Assembly (NCBI GenBank): GCA_045596925.1
Contig: JAZODH010000003.1
Coordinates: 1,100 to 65,099, forward strand
DNA from: Eubacteriales bacterium
Lineage (GTDB): Bacteria > Bacillota > Clostridia > Oscillospirales > CAG-272
Length of the DNA stretch: 64,000 nt
Direction of reading: 5' to 3'
Both the position numbers and the translations under genes were made by a program. A model generated the notes under the pieces. That model was not told where the DNA came from. It made no database searches and saw only the letters and a program-made list of their open reading frames with translations. Of the stretch, positions 28,022-38,261 are shown piece by piece (the stretch's first letter is position 1; every line of letters begins with the position of its first letter).

Positions 28022-29458
28022 ATGAAAAAGATTCTCTTTGCAGCCTCGGAGGCTATGCCCTTTGCCGCAACGGGAGGTCTGGGCGACGTTATCGGCTCTC
28101 TCCCCGCGGCTATTAAGAAAAAAGGCGGGGACGACGTTGACGTCCGCGTAGTCATGCCTCTCTATTCGTCCATCGGCACAGAGTGGCGTGAGAAGATGAT
28201 CGAGGAATACGTTTTCAACGTAAACCTTTCCTGGAGATATCTCTACTGCCGTGTTATGAGCCTTGAAAAGGACGGTGTTATATATTATTTCATCGACAAC
28301 GAGTACTACTTCAAGCGCGACACCCTCTACGGCTGCTACGACGACGGCGAGCGCTATGCTTTCTTCTGCACGGCAGTGCTGTCTATGCTTCAGTGCATAG
28401 ACTTCTTCCCCGACGTTCTCCACGCCCACGACTGGCAGACGGCACTCTCTGTCATTTATCTCAAGACGATTTATGCGTCCGACGAACGTTACCGCCGTAT
28501 TAAAGGTGTGTTTACGATACACAATATTGAGTACCAGGGTCAGTACGACCTGTCTATTCTGGGCGACGTTTTCAATCTGGGAACACTCCAGCACACCATC
28601 GTTGAGTACAACGGCTGCATCAATCTGATGAAGGGAGCCATCGTCTGCGCCGATAAGGTGACCACGGTAAGCCCCACATACGCAACGGAAATACTTCAGC
28701 CCTACTATTCCTGGGGACTTGATCCCATTCTTCGTCAAAATTCGGGCAAGCTCAGCGGTATCTTAAACGGCATTGATTACGATTACTACAATCCCGCAAA
28801 GGACAAAAAGATCGCAAAGACCTTCTCCGCAAAGAAGATCTCCGACAAATATGAAAACAAGCTTGCGCTCCAGCGCGAGCTTGCGCTCCCCGAAAGCAAG
28901 GAGATACCCATGGTGGCGATCGTGTCACGACTTGCCGCTCACAAGGGCATCGACCTTATCTCCGAGATCGCTTACCGTCTGGTGGCAGAGGGAGATATAC
29001 AGCTTATAATTCTCGGCAAGGGGACTCCCGAATATGAAGGATTTTTCAGAAATCTGGAAAATTCCTTCCCCGACCGCGTCCGCGCAATGATAATGTATGA
29101 CCGAGATCTGTCAAAGCGTGTCTATGCCTCCGCTGACATCTTCCTGATGCCCTCAAAGAGCGAGCCTTGCGGACTCTCTCAGATGATCGCCTCAAGATAC
29201 GGCGCAATTCCCGTCACGCGGGAAACGGGAGGTCTGCGCGATTCCATACACGGCTACTGGCTTGACGGAGATACCATCCGCGGAAACGGATTCACCTTTG
29301 CCAACTACAACAGCGCAGAGCTTCTTGACAGAGTATACGCCGCTCTCACCCTCTATCACGAGCAGGATAAGAGAAAGGCACTTATGAAAAAGATAATGGA
29401 AACGGATTTCTCCTGGGAAACGTCTGCAGAAAAATATCTGGAGCTTTACAGCTTCTGA
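28022..29458 (+). CDS. glgA: glycogen synthase (ADP-glucose type, GT5)
   Basis: N-terminal EAMPFAATGGLGDV motif, 478 aa. Confidence 0.95.
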   Translation: MKKILFAASEAMPFAATGGLGDVIGSLPAAIKKKGGDDVDVRVVMPLYSSIGTEWREKMIEEYVFNVNLSWRYLYCRVMSLEKDGVIYYFIDNEYYFKRDTLYGCYDDGERYAFFCTAVLSMLQCIDFFPDVLHAHDWQTALSVIYLKTIYASDERYRRIKGVFTIHNIEYQGQYDLSILGDVFNLGTLQHTIVEYNGCINLMKGAIVCADKVTTVSPTYATEILQPYYSWGLDPILRQNSGKLSGILNGIDYDYYNPAKDKKIAKTFSAKKISDKYENKLALQRELALPESKEIPMVAIVSRLAAHKGIDLISEIAYRLVAEGDIQLIILGKGTPEYEGFFRNLENSFPDRVRAMIMYDRDLSKRVYASADIFLMPSKSEPCGLSQMIASRYGAIPVTRETGGLRDSIHGYWLDGDTIRGNGFTFANYNSAELLDRVYAALTLYHEQDKRKALMKKIMETDFSWETSAEKYLELYSF

Positions 29459-29524
29459 AAAAGCAAAAATTCCCGGCGTGGCGTTTTATAAAGACTACTC
29501 AATATCGAAAGGATAATCAAACAA

Positions 29525-31957
29525 ATGAACTACTCCCCCAAGGCCGAAGAGATCGGCAACGGCATTGAAAGCAAGCTTTCAAGATACTTCGGCGCATCTG
29601 CCGCCGAGGCAACGAGAGAACAGATCTACAAATCCGTAGCACTTACCGTAAAGGACATTCTCTCCGCTAAGAGAAACGACTTCAAAAAGGAAGTCAACAA
29701 AAAAGGCGAAAAGCGCGTCTACTATATGTGCATGGAATTCCTTATGGGACGCTCCCTCAAAACAAGTCTGTACAATTTGGGTCTTACCGACGAATACGAG
29801 GCGGCGCTGAACAAGCTGGGCTTCTCTTTGGAGGAGCTTTATGAGTGTGAGCCCGACGCAGGCCTGGGTAACGGCGGTCTGGGCCGTCTTGCCGCTTGCT
29901 TTATGGACTCCCTTTCATCTCTCGACTACCCCGCAACGGGATTCTCCATCTGCTACGAATACGGTCTCTTTAAACAGATGATCGTTGACGGTATGCAGCT
30001 TGAGCTCCCCGACATCTGGCTCCCGGGCGGCGAATGCTGGCTGGTCCCCAGAACCGACAGGATCTTCAAGGTCCGCTTTGGCGGAAACGTCCGCGAGGAA
30101 TGGCGCGACACCGGTTGCGAGATAATCTACGAGGACGCAGAAGAGGTGGAGGCTGTTCCCTACGACATGATGGTATCGGGCGCGGACAGCAAGGCTGTCA
30201 GCCTGCTCCGTCTCTGGAAGGCACGCGACATTCAGAACTTCAACATGGGACTCTTTACTCAGGGTCAGTACACAAAGGCCCTGGAGGAGAGCACCAAGGC
30301 CGAAACTATCTCAAAGGTTCTCTACCCTTCCGACAACCACATGGAAGGCAAGCTGCTCCGTCTTACTCAGCAGTACTTCCTCGTCTCCGCTTCCGTGCAG
30401 AGCATCATACGTGACCACATGGCAGTATACGGCAGGATCGACAACCTTCCCGACAAGGTGTCCATTCACATCAACGACACCCACCCCGCGCTTTGCATCC
30501 CCGAGCTTATGAGAATCCTCGTAGACGATTACAAGCTGGGCTGGGATGCGGCATGGGACATCGTCACAAGAACGGTCTCCTACACCAACCACACGGTAAT
30601 GCCCGAGGCGCTTGAGACCTGGGACGAAAATCTGTTCCGTCTCCGTCTGCCCAGAATCCACACTATCGTTCGCGAGATAAACGAAAGATTCTGCCGCGAG
30701 GCTTGGGAAAAGTTCCCCGGCAACTGGGACAGGATCTCCTCTATGGCAGTCATCGCAAACAACCGCGTGAGAATGGCCAATCTGTCGGTCATCGCCTCCC
30801 ACACGGTAAACGGAGTTTCTAAGCTCCACTCGGACATCCTGGTCGACACGGTCTTCAAGGATTTCCACCGCATGTATCCCCACAAGTTCACAAACGTAAC
30901 AAACGGCATCGCGCACCGCCGTTGGCTCTGCTATTCAAATCCCCGTCTGGCTTCTCTGATCGAGGACTGCATCGGTGACGGCTACCGCCACGATCCCGAG
31001 CAGCTTGACCAGCTGAGAAAGTTTACCGACGACAAGGCGGTGCTGACAAAGCTGGCGGAAATCAAGCATGAAAACAAGGTGGATTTTGCAAATTACGTCT
31101 TCAGAAAGACAGACAAAAAGATCGACCCGAGCACCGTATTTGACGTTCAGATCAAGCGTCTGCACGAGTACAAGCGTCAGCTTCTCAACGCTCTGAACAT
31201 CATCAATCTCTACGCGGCGCTCAAGGAAAATCCCAATCTTGACATCACGCCCGTGACCTTTATTTTCGGCGCAAAGGCCGCTCCCGGTTACGCTATGGCA
31301 AAGGAGATCATCCGTCTGCTGTTCTATATCGGACGCGACATTGAAAAGAACCCACAGCTCCGCGAAAAGCTGAACGTCATCTTCATGGAGGACTACAACG
31401 TAAGCATGGCCGAGTGCCTGATACCCGCCGCCGAGGTCTCCGAGCAGGTCTCCCTTGCAGGTAAGGAAGCAAGCGGTACGGGCTGTATGAAGCTCATGAT
31501 CAACGGCGCTCTGACCCTTGGCACCCTTGACGGCGCAAACGTTGAGATGCAGGCGGCTGCGGGCGAGGAAAATATGTTCATCTTCGGTCTCAACAAGAAC
31601 GAGGTGGAAGAGCTTTGGACAAACGGCTATCACTCTGCCGTATACTACGCAAACAACCCCAGGCTCCAGAAGGTCATCGACTGCTTAAACGTAGGCTTTG
31701 ACGGACAGTCCTTTGCAAACATCGGAAGCTATCTGCTCTCGGGTCACGGCGTGGCTGACCCCTATATGTGCCTGGCAGACTTCGAGTCTTACCGCACCAC
31801 CCACCTAAAGGTTATGGAGCTTTACAGAAACGATCCTACCGAGTGGAACAAGAAATCCCTTATCAACATTGCGTCCGCAGGCTACTTTGCAGCCGACCGC
31901 GCAATAAACGATTATGCACAGAAGATCTGGCATCTGAACAGACTGAACAAGGACTGA
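29525..31957 (+). CDS. glgP: glycogen/maltodextrin phosphorylase (GT35)
   Basis: 810 aa. PLP-lysine region EASGTGCMKLMINGA. Confidence 0.95.
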   Translation: MNYSPKAEEIGNGIESKLSRYFGASAAEATREQIYKSVALTVKDILSAKRNDFKKEVNKKGEKRVYYMCMEFLMGRSLKTSLYNLGLTDEYEAALNKLGFSLEELYECEPDAGLGNGGLGRLAACFMDSLSSLDYPATGFSICYEYGLFKQMIVDGMQLELPDIWLPGGECWLVPRTDRIFKVRFGGNVREEWRDTGCEIIYEDAEEVEAVPYDMMVSGADSKAVSLLRLWKARDIQNFNMGLFTQGQYTKALEESTKAETISKVLYPSDNHMEGKLLRLTQQYFLVSASVQSIIRDHMAVYGRIDNLPDKVSIHINDTHPALCIPELMRILVDDYKLGWDAAWDIVTRTVSYTNHTVMPEALETWDENLFRLRLPRIHTIVREINERFCREAWEKFPGNWDRISSMAVIANNRVRMANLSVIASHTVNGVSKLHSDILVDTVFKDFHRMYPHKFTNVTNGIAHRRWLCYSNPRLASLIEDCIGDGYRHDPEQLDQLRKFTDDKAVLTKLAEIKHENKVDFANYVFRKTDKKIDPSTVFDVQIKRLHEYKRQLLNALNIINLYAALKENPNLDITPVTFIFGAKAAPGYAMAKEIIRLLFYIGRDIEKNPQLREKLNVIFMEDYNVSMAECLIPAAEVSEQVSLAGKEASGTGCMKLMINGALTLGTLDGANVEMQAAAGEENMFIFGLNKNEVEELWTNGYHSAVYYANNPRLQKVIDCLNVGFDGQSFANIGSYLLSGHGVADPYMCLADFESYRTTHLKVMELYRNDPTEWNKKSLINIASAGYFAADRAINDYAQKIWHLNRLNKD

Positions 31958-31961
31958 TCAA

Positions 31962-33881
31962 ATGTTTATCAGACACGATACGCTTCCTGCGGTACTCAGT
32001 ACCGCAGGAAGCGCTGTAAAATTCAAAAAAAGCGTGGAAGGAGTCGATTTTTCCTTTCACGGTGCCTTTCATTGCGGTCAAAAGATACTTTTTGAGCTTG
32101 AAATACCGAGAAGACTCGGTATCGTTTCGGTAAAGTTAGCTCTTTGCCGTGACGGCGAAGCTATGCAGTACACTTCCCTTTCTTTTGGCGGCACAAAATC
32201 GGGCGTTGACACCTATTGTGTAACTGTGGACACTTCACGGCTGTGCGGGGAAAGCGGATGCGGTCTTTTCTACTATGGGTTTATTTTCTCCCGCGGAACG
32301 CAAACGCTTTACGGAAACGCCCTCGACAACGTGTATATTTCCCTTTCCGGCTCGGAGGGGGACAAGTTCCGCTTGCTTATCTGCCGCAGTGATTTTGATG
32401 CGCCCAAGTGGACGCAGGGTTCGGTTATGTACCACATTTTCGTTGACCGCTTTAATCGCGGATCATTTGTAGCCCCCGAACGATCCGACGCTGTCATAAA
32501 TCCCGATTGGGAAAACGGTATCCCGCAATTCGCGGAATATCCCGGAGCCTTTGTCTCAAACAATGAGTTTTTCGGCGGAAGCCTTGACGGCATCTCCGAA
32601 AAGCTGGATTATCTGAAATCTCTCGGAGTCAGCATTATCTATCTCAGCCCTATTTTCAAGGCCTATTCAAACCACCGCTATGACACGGGCGATTACAGCC
32701 GTGTGGACGAAATGCTGGGCGGCGACGAGGCGCTGGCGCGCCTTATCGAGAAGGCAGGAAAATACGGCATGAAGATAATTCTGGACGGTGTTTTCAACCA
32801 CACGGGAGACGACAGCAAATATTTTAATAAATACGGAAAATACGACTCTATCGGAGCATATCAGTCACCCGACTCGCCCTACCGCAACTGGTATTACTTT
32901 AGGGAAGACGGAAGCTACGACTCCTGGTGGGGTATATCTATAATGCCAAAGCTCAACACAAAAAATCCCGAGTGCCGCGACTATCTGCTTTCACAGATCA
33001 TTTCAAAATACACGAAAATGGGCATCGGCGGATGGCGTCTTGACGTGGCGGACGAGCTTGGAAACGAATTTCTTGACGGTCTGCGCGAGCAAGTGAAGAA
33101 GGATTCGGAAAACGAAGGCCTGATTATCGGAGAGGTCTGGGAAAACGCCGCCGACAAGGTAGCCTACGGTTACCGCCGCCGCTATTTCCAAGGCGCTCAG
33201 CTTGACAGCGTAATGAATTATCCCTTCAAGAACGCAGTCATCGGATATCTCATGACAGGGGATGCAAATACGCTCCGCTCCACCCTCGTTTCGATCTACG
33301 CGTCTTACCCCAAGAGTGTCTGCGATTCACTGATGAACATTCTGGGCACTCACGACACCGAGCGTATCCTGACGGTGCTTGGCGGTGAGAACAAATACGG
33401 TCTTCCAAACCGAGAGCTTGCCGTGACGCGCCTTGCGCCCGAAAACCGCGAGCGCGCCGTGAAGCTTCTGATGCTCGCGTCAACTATTCAGTACACGGTC
33501 TACGGCTTCCCGTCGGTCTTTTACGGCGATGAAGCGGGTATGGAGGGCTACGGCGATCCCTTCTGCCGACGTCCCTTCCCTTGGGGCCGCGAGGACAAAA
33601 GGCTTACCGAGCATTACAGAAATCTCGGACAGATCCGCAGAAAACTCCCTGCTCTGACGGACGGTAATTTCAGAGTTTTACGCACGGAGGGCGCGTTTAT
33701 CTCCTATATAAGAGAAAGTGAGCGCGGCTCGGTGGCGGTAGCGGTCAACGCGGGCAATTATCCCGTTGACGCGGGGCTTGCAGGACTTGATCTGCTTACC
33801 TCGTCGGTATTTGACGGCACACTTGCCCCCTGTTCTGCCGTAATTTTGGAAAATCCATGCATAAAATATGAGGAAGAATGA
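31962..33881 (+). CDS. cytoplasmic GH13 alpha-amylase-family enzyme (neopullulanase/cyclomaltodextrinase-like) with N-terminal domain
   Basis: GH13 conserved regions DGVFNHTGDDS, GGWRLDVADEL, EVWE and GTHDTERI. No signal peptide. Confidence 0.85.
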   Translation: MFIRHDTLPAVLSTAGSAVKFKKSVEGVDFSFHGAFHCGQKILFELEIPRRLGIVSVKLALCRDGEAMQYTSLSFGGTKSGVDTYCVTVDTSRLCGESGCGLFYYGFIFSRGTQTLYGNALDNVYISLSGSEGDKFRLLICRSDFDAPKWTQGSVMYHIFVDRFNRGSFVAPERSDAVINPDWENGIPQFAEYPGAFVSNNEFFGGSLDGISEKLDYLKSLGVSIIYLSPIFKAYSNHRYDTGDYSRVDEMLGGDEALARLIEKAGKYGMKIILDGVFNHTGDDSKYFNKYGKYDSIGAYQSPDSPYRNWYYFREDGSYDSWWGISIMPKLNTKNPECRDYLLSQIISKYTKMGIGGWRLDVADELGNEFLDGLREQVKKDSENEGLIIGEVWENAADKVAYGYRRRYFQGAQLDSVMNYPFKNAVIGYLMTGDANTLRSTLVSIYASYPKSVCDSLMNILGTHDTERILTVLGGENKYGLPNRELAVTRLAPENRERAVKLLMLASTIQYTVYGFPSVFYGDEAGMEGYGDPFCRRPFPWGREDKRLTEHYRNLGQIRRKLPALTDGNFRVLRTEGAFISYIRESERGSVAVAVNAGNYPVDAGLAGLDLLTSSVFDGTLAPCSAVILENPCIKYEEE

Positions 33882-34372
33882 AAATCATTGATTTTTTCAG
33901 AAATTCAAGACCTGCGAGAGCGGGAGGACTGATCCTCTTCTGCTCTCTCATGGTCATGATCTCGGCACTTTCCTTGAAAAGTCTCCCCGAGGTCATGCGC
34001 CGTCCTGCCTTGCACAGCGGACTGAGCATAACCGCGCCTGTTTGCGGTGCGACAGCTTTGCTTGGCGCATCATTTCTCGCCTTTTCCCTTTTCAAAAGGA
34101 AATTCAATACGGTCACATCGGTCTTTTTGACGTTGTTTAGTGCCGAAACACTCGGCGCCTTTTCGGGCGTGGTCATCTACTTAATCTCACTTTACGCGCG
34201 CGACTCCTTTCTCGCGCTGAGCACGGTGACTTCATTCTATTACTATTTCCTTGGATTATTTATTATCGCCGTGTCCTTTATTTGCGCTATCGCGACGGCT
34301 GTATGCTTTCTACTGTTTTGGGCAGTCAGGCGCGCCGTCAAAGCCTCGAAAGCAGAACGAAAGCACTTTTGA
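33878..34372 (+). CDS. hypothetical 4-TM membrane protein
   Basis: 164 aa with four hydrophobic helices. ATGA overlap with the GH13 stop and a GAGGAAG RBS inside the GH13 3' end. Confidence 0.55.
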   Translation: MKIIDFFRNSRPARAGGLILFCSLMVMISALSLKSLPEVMRRPALHSGLSITAPVCGATALLGASFLAFSLFKRKFNTVTSVFLTLFSAETLGAFSGVVIYLISLYARDSFLALSTVTSFYYYFLGLFIIAVSFICAIATAVCFLLFWAVRRAVKASKAERKHF

Positions 34373-34504
34373 GGTATACTTACTCCTTGCATAATTCCCT
34401 TTTTATTCAACGCAATTTTATTTCATCATCAAAAAACTGTCACAATAAGGGCCTATAATGCAAGTGAAAGCTAAAAAAGACAGTTTTGGAGGTTTAATTA
34501 AAGT

Positions 34505-36022
34505 ATGAACACAAACAACCCCTTTGATCAAAATAGATTTGACCCTAATCCCAACAATACGGGTGCGCAAGGCAACAACTCAAACTCTTACTCTCCCTAT
34601 AATCAGGGCGAGCAGTCTCAGCCTGCCCCCACCTACGGACAGGTCTACACTCCCGACGGCTCGGGACAGCAAGGCAACGGCTATTCCTCTTCCGGCTATT
34701 CGGGCGCATATTCTCCTTACGGGAATATGCAGGATCCCAACAGAGGTTCCGAGGGCGGTCAGAGACAACCCCACGCGCCCGAAAAGAAAAAGAGCAATCT
34801 GGCGGCCGTTGCTATTATCTGCACCTGTGTGTTGGCGGCGCTTATAGTGCTGGGCTGCATCGCTTTTGCCATGCTGAACGTTGTGGGAATACTGGGTCCG
34901 AACAGAGCACCTTCGGGCGTAGATGCCGATAACGAACAGCAGCAGGGGCTTCTCCCCGACACAGGTGACGGAAGCGAAAAAACCGACGACACCGAAAAGA
35001 CACCAGGCACCGATGATGGCCCCACCGTTTCAAAAAATCCCGGTGAGAGCACCGACGTTTCCGGCGGTAAGATTGGTCAGCTTATGACCATGTCCGAGGC
35101 TGTTGCGCTCATCAAGGACTCGGTGGTCGAGATCAATACCGAGCACATGGTGACCGGAAGTATTTTCGGTCAGTATATCGCCAGCGGCGCGGGAAGCGGA
35201 GTTATCGTGGCAAAGGAAGGCTATATTATTACGAACAATCACGTTGTTGCAGGTGCAAAAACTATTAAGGTCACTCTCACAAACGGCAACAAATACGATG
35301 CAAAGCTGATAGGTACAGACTCTGCTACCGACATTGCAGTTATCAAGATTGACCCCGACGAGACCCTGACCACGGCTGTTCTGGGCAGCTCCGAAAAACT
35401 GGTTTTGGCCGAAGACGTTATCGTCATCGGCAACCCTCTCGGTTCCCTTGGCGGAACCGTCACCTGCGGAATTATCAGTGCCCTTGACCGTCAGATCACG
35501 GTGGAAGGTGAGAAAATGACTCTGCTTCAGACCAACGCCGCAGTTAATCCCGGCAACTCGGGCGGTGGAATGTTCAATCTCCGCGGCGAGCTTGTGGGAA
35601 TAGTCAATGCAAAGTCCACGGGCGAGGACGTTGAGGGGCTGGGATTTGCCATTCCCATCGACACAGCTTACACCGTATTCAACCAGCTGGTCGAGTTCGG
35701 CTATGTGCGCGGCAGAGTTGACCACGGTCTTAACCTGGTCGATATCAACGACTGGTTTATGGCGAGCTCGTACAGAGTAAGTGCATTCGGCGTTTACGTG
35801 CTTGAATCGAAATATACCGACGAGATCAAAAACGGCGACCGTATCGTGTCGGTAAACGGCACGGAGGTCACCACTTCCACCGACATCACAGCCGCTCTTT
35901 CCGACTGCGAGGTAGGTGACAAGGTCAAGTTCGTTCTTGCCAGAAAAGGCAGGACCGTTGAGGCGGAGCTGACACTCAGAGAATACAACCCCACCTCAAA
36001 CGGTGACGTCAGCTTTGAATAA
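34505..36022 (+). CDS. htrA: HtrA/DegP-family serine protease (S1C) with PDZ domain and Q/N/G/S/Y-rich N-terminal tail
   Basis: Catalytic triad contexts ITNNHVV, DIAVIKI and GNSGGGMFN, a single TM (AAVAIICTCVLAALIVLGCIAF) and a C-terminal PDZ. Confidence 0.9.
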   Translation: MNTNNPFDQNRFDPNPNNTGAQGNNSNSYSPYNQGEQSQPAPTYGQVYTPDGSGQQGNGYSSSGYSGAYSPYGNMQDPNRGSEGGQRQPHAPEKKKSNLAAVAIICTCVLAALIVLGCIAFAMLNVVGILGPNRAPSGVDADNEQQQGLLPDTGDGSEKTDDTEKTPGTDDGPTVSKNPGESTDVSGGKIGQLMTMSEAVALIKDSVVEINTEHMVTGSIFGQYIASGAGSGVIVAKEGYIITNNHVVAGAKTIKVTLTNGNKYDAKLIGTDSATDIAVIKIDPDETLTTAVLGSSEKLVLAEDVIVIGNPLGSLGGTVTCGIISALDRQITVEGEKMTLLQTNAAVNPGNSGGGMFNLRGELVGIVNAKSTGEDVEGLGFAIPIDTAYTVFNQLVEFGYVRGRVDHGLNLVDINDWFMASSYRVSAFGVYVLESKYTDEIKNGDRIVSVNGTEVTTSTDITAALSDCEVGDKVKFVLARKGRTVEAELTLREYNPTSNGDVSFE

Positions 36023-36037
36023 AAAGGAGTGAAGACT

Positions 36038-36724
36038 ATGTACAGCATTCTTGTGGTCGACGACGAGGCGAGGATACGCGACATAATCACAAAATACGCC
36101 ACCTTCGAGGGACACCGCGTCACCGAGGCGGCGGACGGCATGGAAGCTGTCCTCTTTTGCAGAAAAGAAAATTTCGATATCATCATAATGGACATCATGA
36201 TGCCCGAGCTTGACGGATTCTCCGCCTGTCGCGAGATCCGCAAGACCTCACAAACGCCTATCATCATGCTCTCTGCCAGAGGTGAGGAATACGACAAGAT
36301 AAACGGCTTTGAGCTTGGCATTGACGATTACGTCGTAAAACCCTTTTCGCCAAAGGAGCTTATGCTCCGCATTGAGGCGGTGATGAAGCGCGTTACGGGT
36401 GCGGGCGCCATCGCCCGACCCGAAAACGAGGTGGTCAGCCTTGACGGAGGCGGTCTGCGCGCGGACATCACCGCAAGACTCGTTTACGTTAACGGGGAGA
36501 GAGTAGATATGTCGCCCAAGGAATACGACCTCTTCTTTTATATGCTCCGAAACAAGAACATCGCCCTCTCACGGGAAAAGCTTATCCGCGAGGTCTGGGG
36601 CTACGATTTCTACGGCGACGCCAGAACTCTTGACACGCACATAAAGCTCCTCCGCAAAAGTCTCGGGGAATACAGCCGATACATCGTTACATTGAGAGGA
36701 ATGGGGTACCGTTTTGAAGCCTGA
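36038..36724 (+). CDS. OmpR-family response regulator
   Basis: ILVVDDE receiver start and winged-helix end GMGYRFEA. Start refined to the ATG at 36038, 8 nt after AAGGAG. Confidence 0.93.
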   Translation: MYSILVVDDEARIRDIITKYATFEGHRVTEAADGMEAVLFCRKENFDIIIMDIMMPELDGFSACREIRKTSQTPIIMLSARGEEYDKINGFELGIDDYVVKPFSPKELMLRIEAVMKRVTGAGAIARPENEVVSLDGGGLRADITARLVYVNGERVDMSPKEYDLFFYMLRNKNIALSREKLIREVWGYDFYGDARTLDTHIKLLRKSLGEYSRYIVTLRGMGYRFEA

Positions 36725-38261
36725 AATCGCATCTTCAAGCACAAATAACCGCATGACCCCCGACGGCAGACAAAGCCGTCGGGGATCACGGTCGTCAAAA
36801 TGCAGATTCGGCATAACGGGTACGCTTTTCATTTCTCTTGCCGCGTTTACCGCCTTCGCTTTGATCGTCGTGTGGATATTTCAGGTGCTCCTTCTTCCCC
36901 GCTTCTATGAGCGGTCAAAAATGACCGAGCTTTACAAGCTTGCCGACGTTATTGAGCGGCACATCGAATTAGACACACCAAAGGACGGCATGGAAAACAC
37001 CGTTTACCGCATGGCAAGCGACTATTCGGTCTGTGTTCTCACCTACTCGATAGAGGGCTTACGTGGGCATCAGATCCTTTCCTGCGACGTATCAAAAAGA
37101 TGTCTCATTCACCATATTCCGTCGCGGAATATTGACAACTTCTACCGTGAGGCGTCAGAAAACGGCGGGAGTCTGGTCAAAAACGTGGACTTCACAGGTC
37201 AGGAAGAAGTCAGAGGCGAAAAGGACTTTGAAGGCGACACGGTCTACATCAGGATCTTTACGACCGATGACGGCAGCGAATACATGATCCTGCTCAACTC
37301 GCAAATGCAGCCTGTCAGCGCTATAACAAATACCTACATGAACCAATATAAGACCATCGTGGTAATTATGCTCATCGGCTCTTTTCTGATCTCTCTCATT
37401 ATTTCAAGAAAGATCACAAAGCCTATCGTAAAGCTCAACAAGTCAGTCGAAAAGCTGGCAAGGGGAGACTACAACGAGGTCTTTGACGGCGACGGATACC
37501 GCGAGATACAGGAGCTTTCCGACGCGCTCAACTACGCATCAAGCGAGCTTTCCAGGACAGACGCGCTCCAAAAGGAGCTTCTTGCAAATATCTCACACGA
37601 CCTGCGAACCCCTCTCACCATGATAAAGGGCTACAGCGAGGTCATGCGGGATATTCCGGGCGAAAACACCCCCGAAAACGTCCAGATCATCGTGGACGAG
37701 ACAACTCATCTGACCGAGCTTGTGAACGATCTGCTTGACATCTCAAAGATCAAGGCGGGAACGCGTAAGCCCGAGCCTGAGCAGTTCAGCCTTACCGACA
37801 CGGTTAAGTCCACCCTGCACCGCTACGAAAAGCTGACCGAAAAGGACGGCTACGTCATCAACTTTATATGCGACGGCGACGCGGAAGTTATTGCCGACCG
37901 CACCATGATGCTCCAGGTCATCTACAACCTGATAAACAACGCAATAAACTACACGGGCGCAGACAAGACCGTCACCGTGCGTCAGATAATATCGGGCAAC
38001 AAAGTGAGAATAACCGTTACCGACACGGGCGAGGGAATCGAGCCTGAGCAGATCCCCTACATTTGGGACAGATATTATAAGGTAGACAAGGTCCACCGCC
38101 GCGCAATGGTTGGAACGGGTCTTGGACTTTCTATCGTCAAGGGAGTTCTGGAGCTTCACAAAGCCACGTACGGTCTGGAAAGCACCCTCGGGCACGGAAG
38201 CACCTTCTGGTTTGAGCTTGACACGGCAGAAAACGACGAGGAAACAAAAAACACACAGTGA
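36714..38261 (+). CDS. sensor histidine kinase (two TM helices, HAMP, HisKA/HATPase)
   Basis: H-box ISHDLRTPLT and G2 box TGLGLSIVKG. Start uncertain: TTG at 36714 overlapping the RR stop, or ATG at 36753. Confidence 0.9.
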   Translation: MKPEIASSSTNNRMTPDGRQSRRGSRSSKCRFGITGTLFISLAAFTAFALIVVWIFQVLLLPRFYERSKMTELYKLADVIERHIELDTPKDGMENTVYRMASDYSVCVLTYSIEGLRGHQILSCDVSKRCLIHHIPSRNIDNFYREASENGGSLVKNVDFTGQEEVRGEKDFEGDTVYIRIFTTDDGSEYMILLNSQMQPVSAITNTYMNQYKTIVVIMLIGSFLISLIISRKITKPIVKLNKSVEKLARGDYNEVFDGDGYREIQELSDALNYASSELSRTDALQKELLANISHDLRTPLTMIKGYSEVMRDIPGENTPENVQIIVDETTHLTELVNDLLDISKIKAGTRKPEPEQFSLTDTVKSTLHRYEKLTEKDGYVINFICDGDAEVIADRTMMLQVIYNLINNAINYTGADKTVTVRQIISGNKVRITVTDTGEGIEPEQIPYIWDRYYKVDKVHRRAMVGTGLGLSIVKGVLELHKATYGLESTLGHGSTFWFELDTAENDEETKNTQ

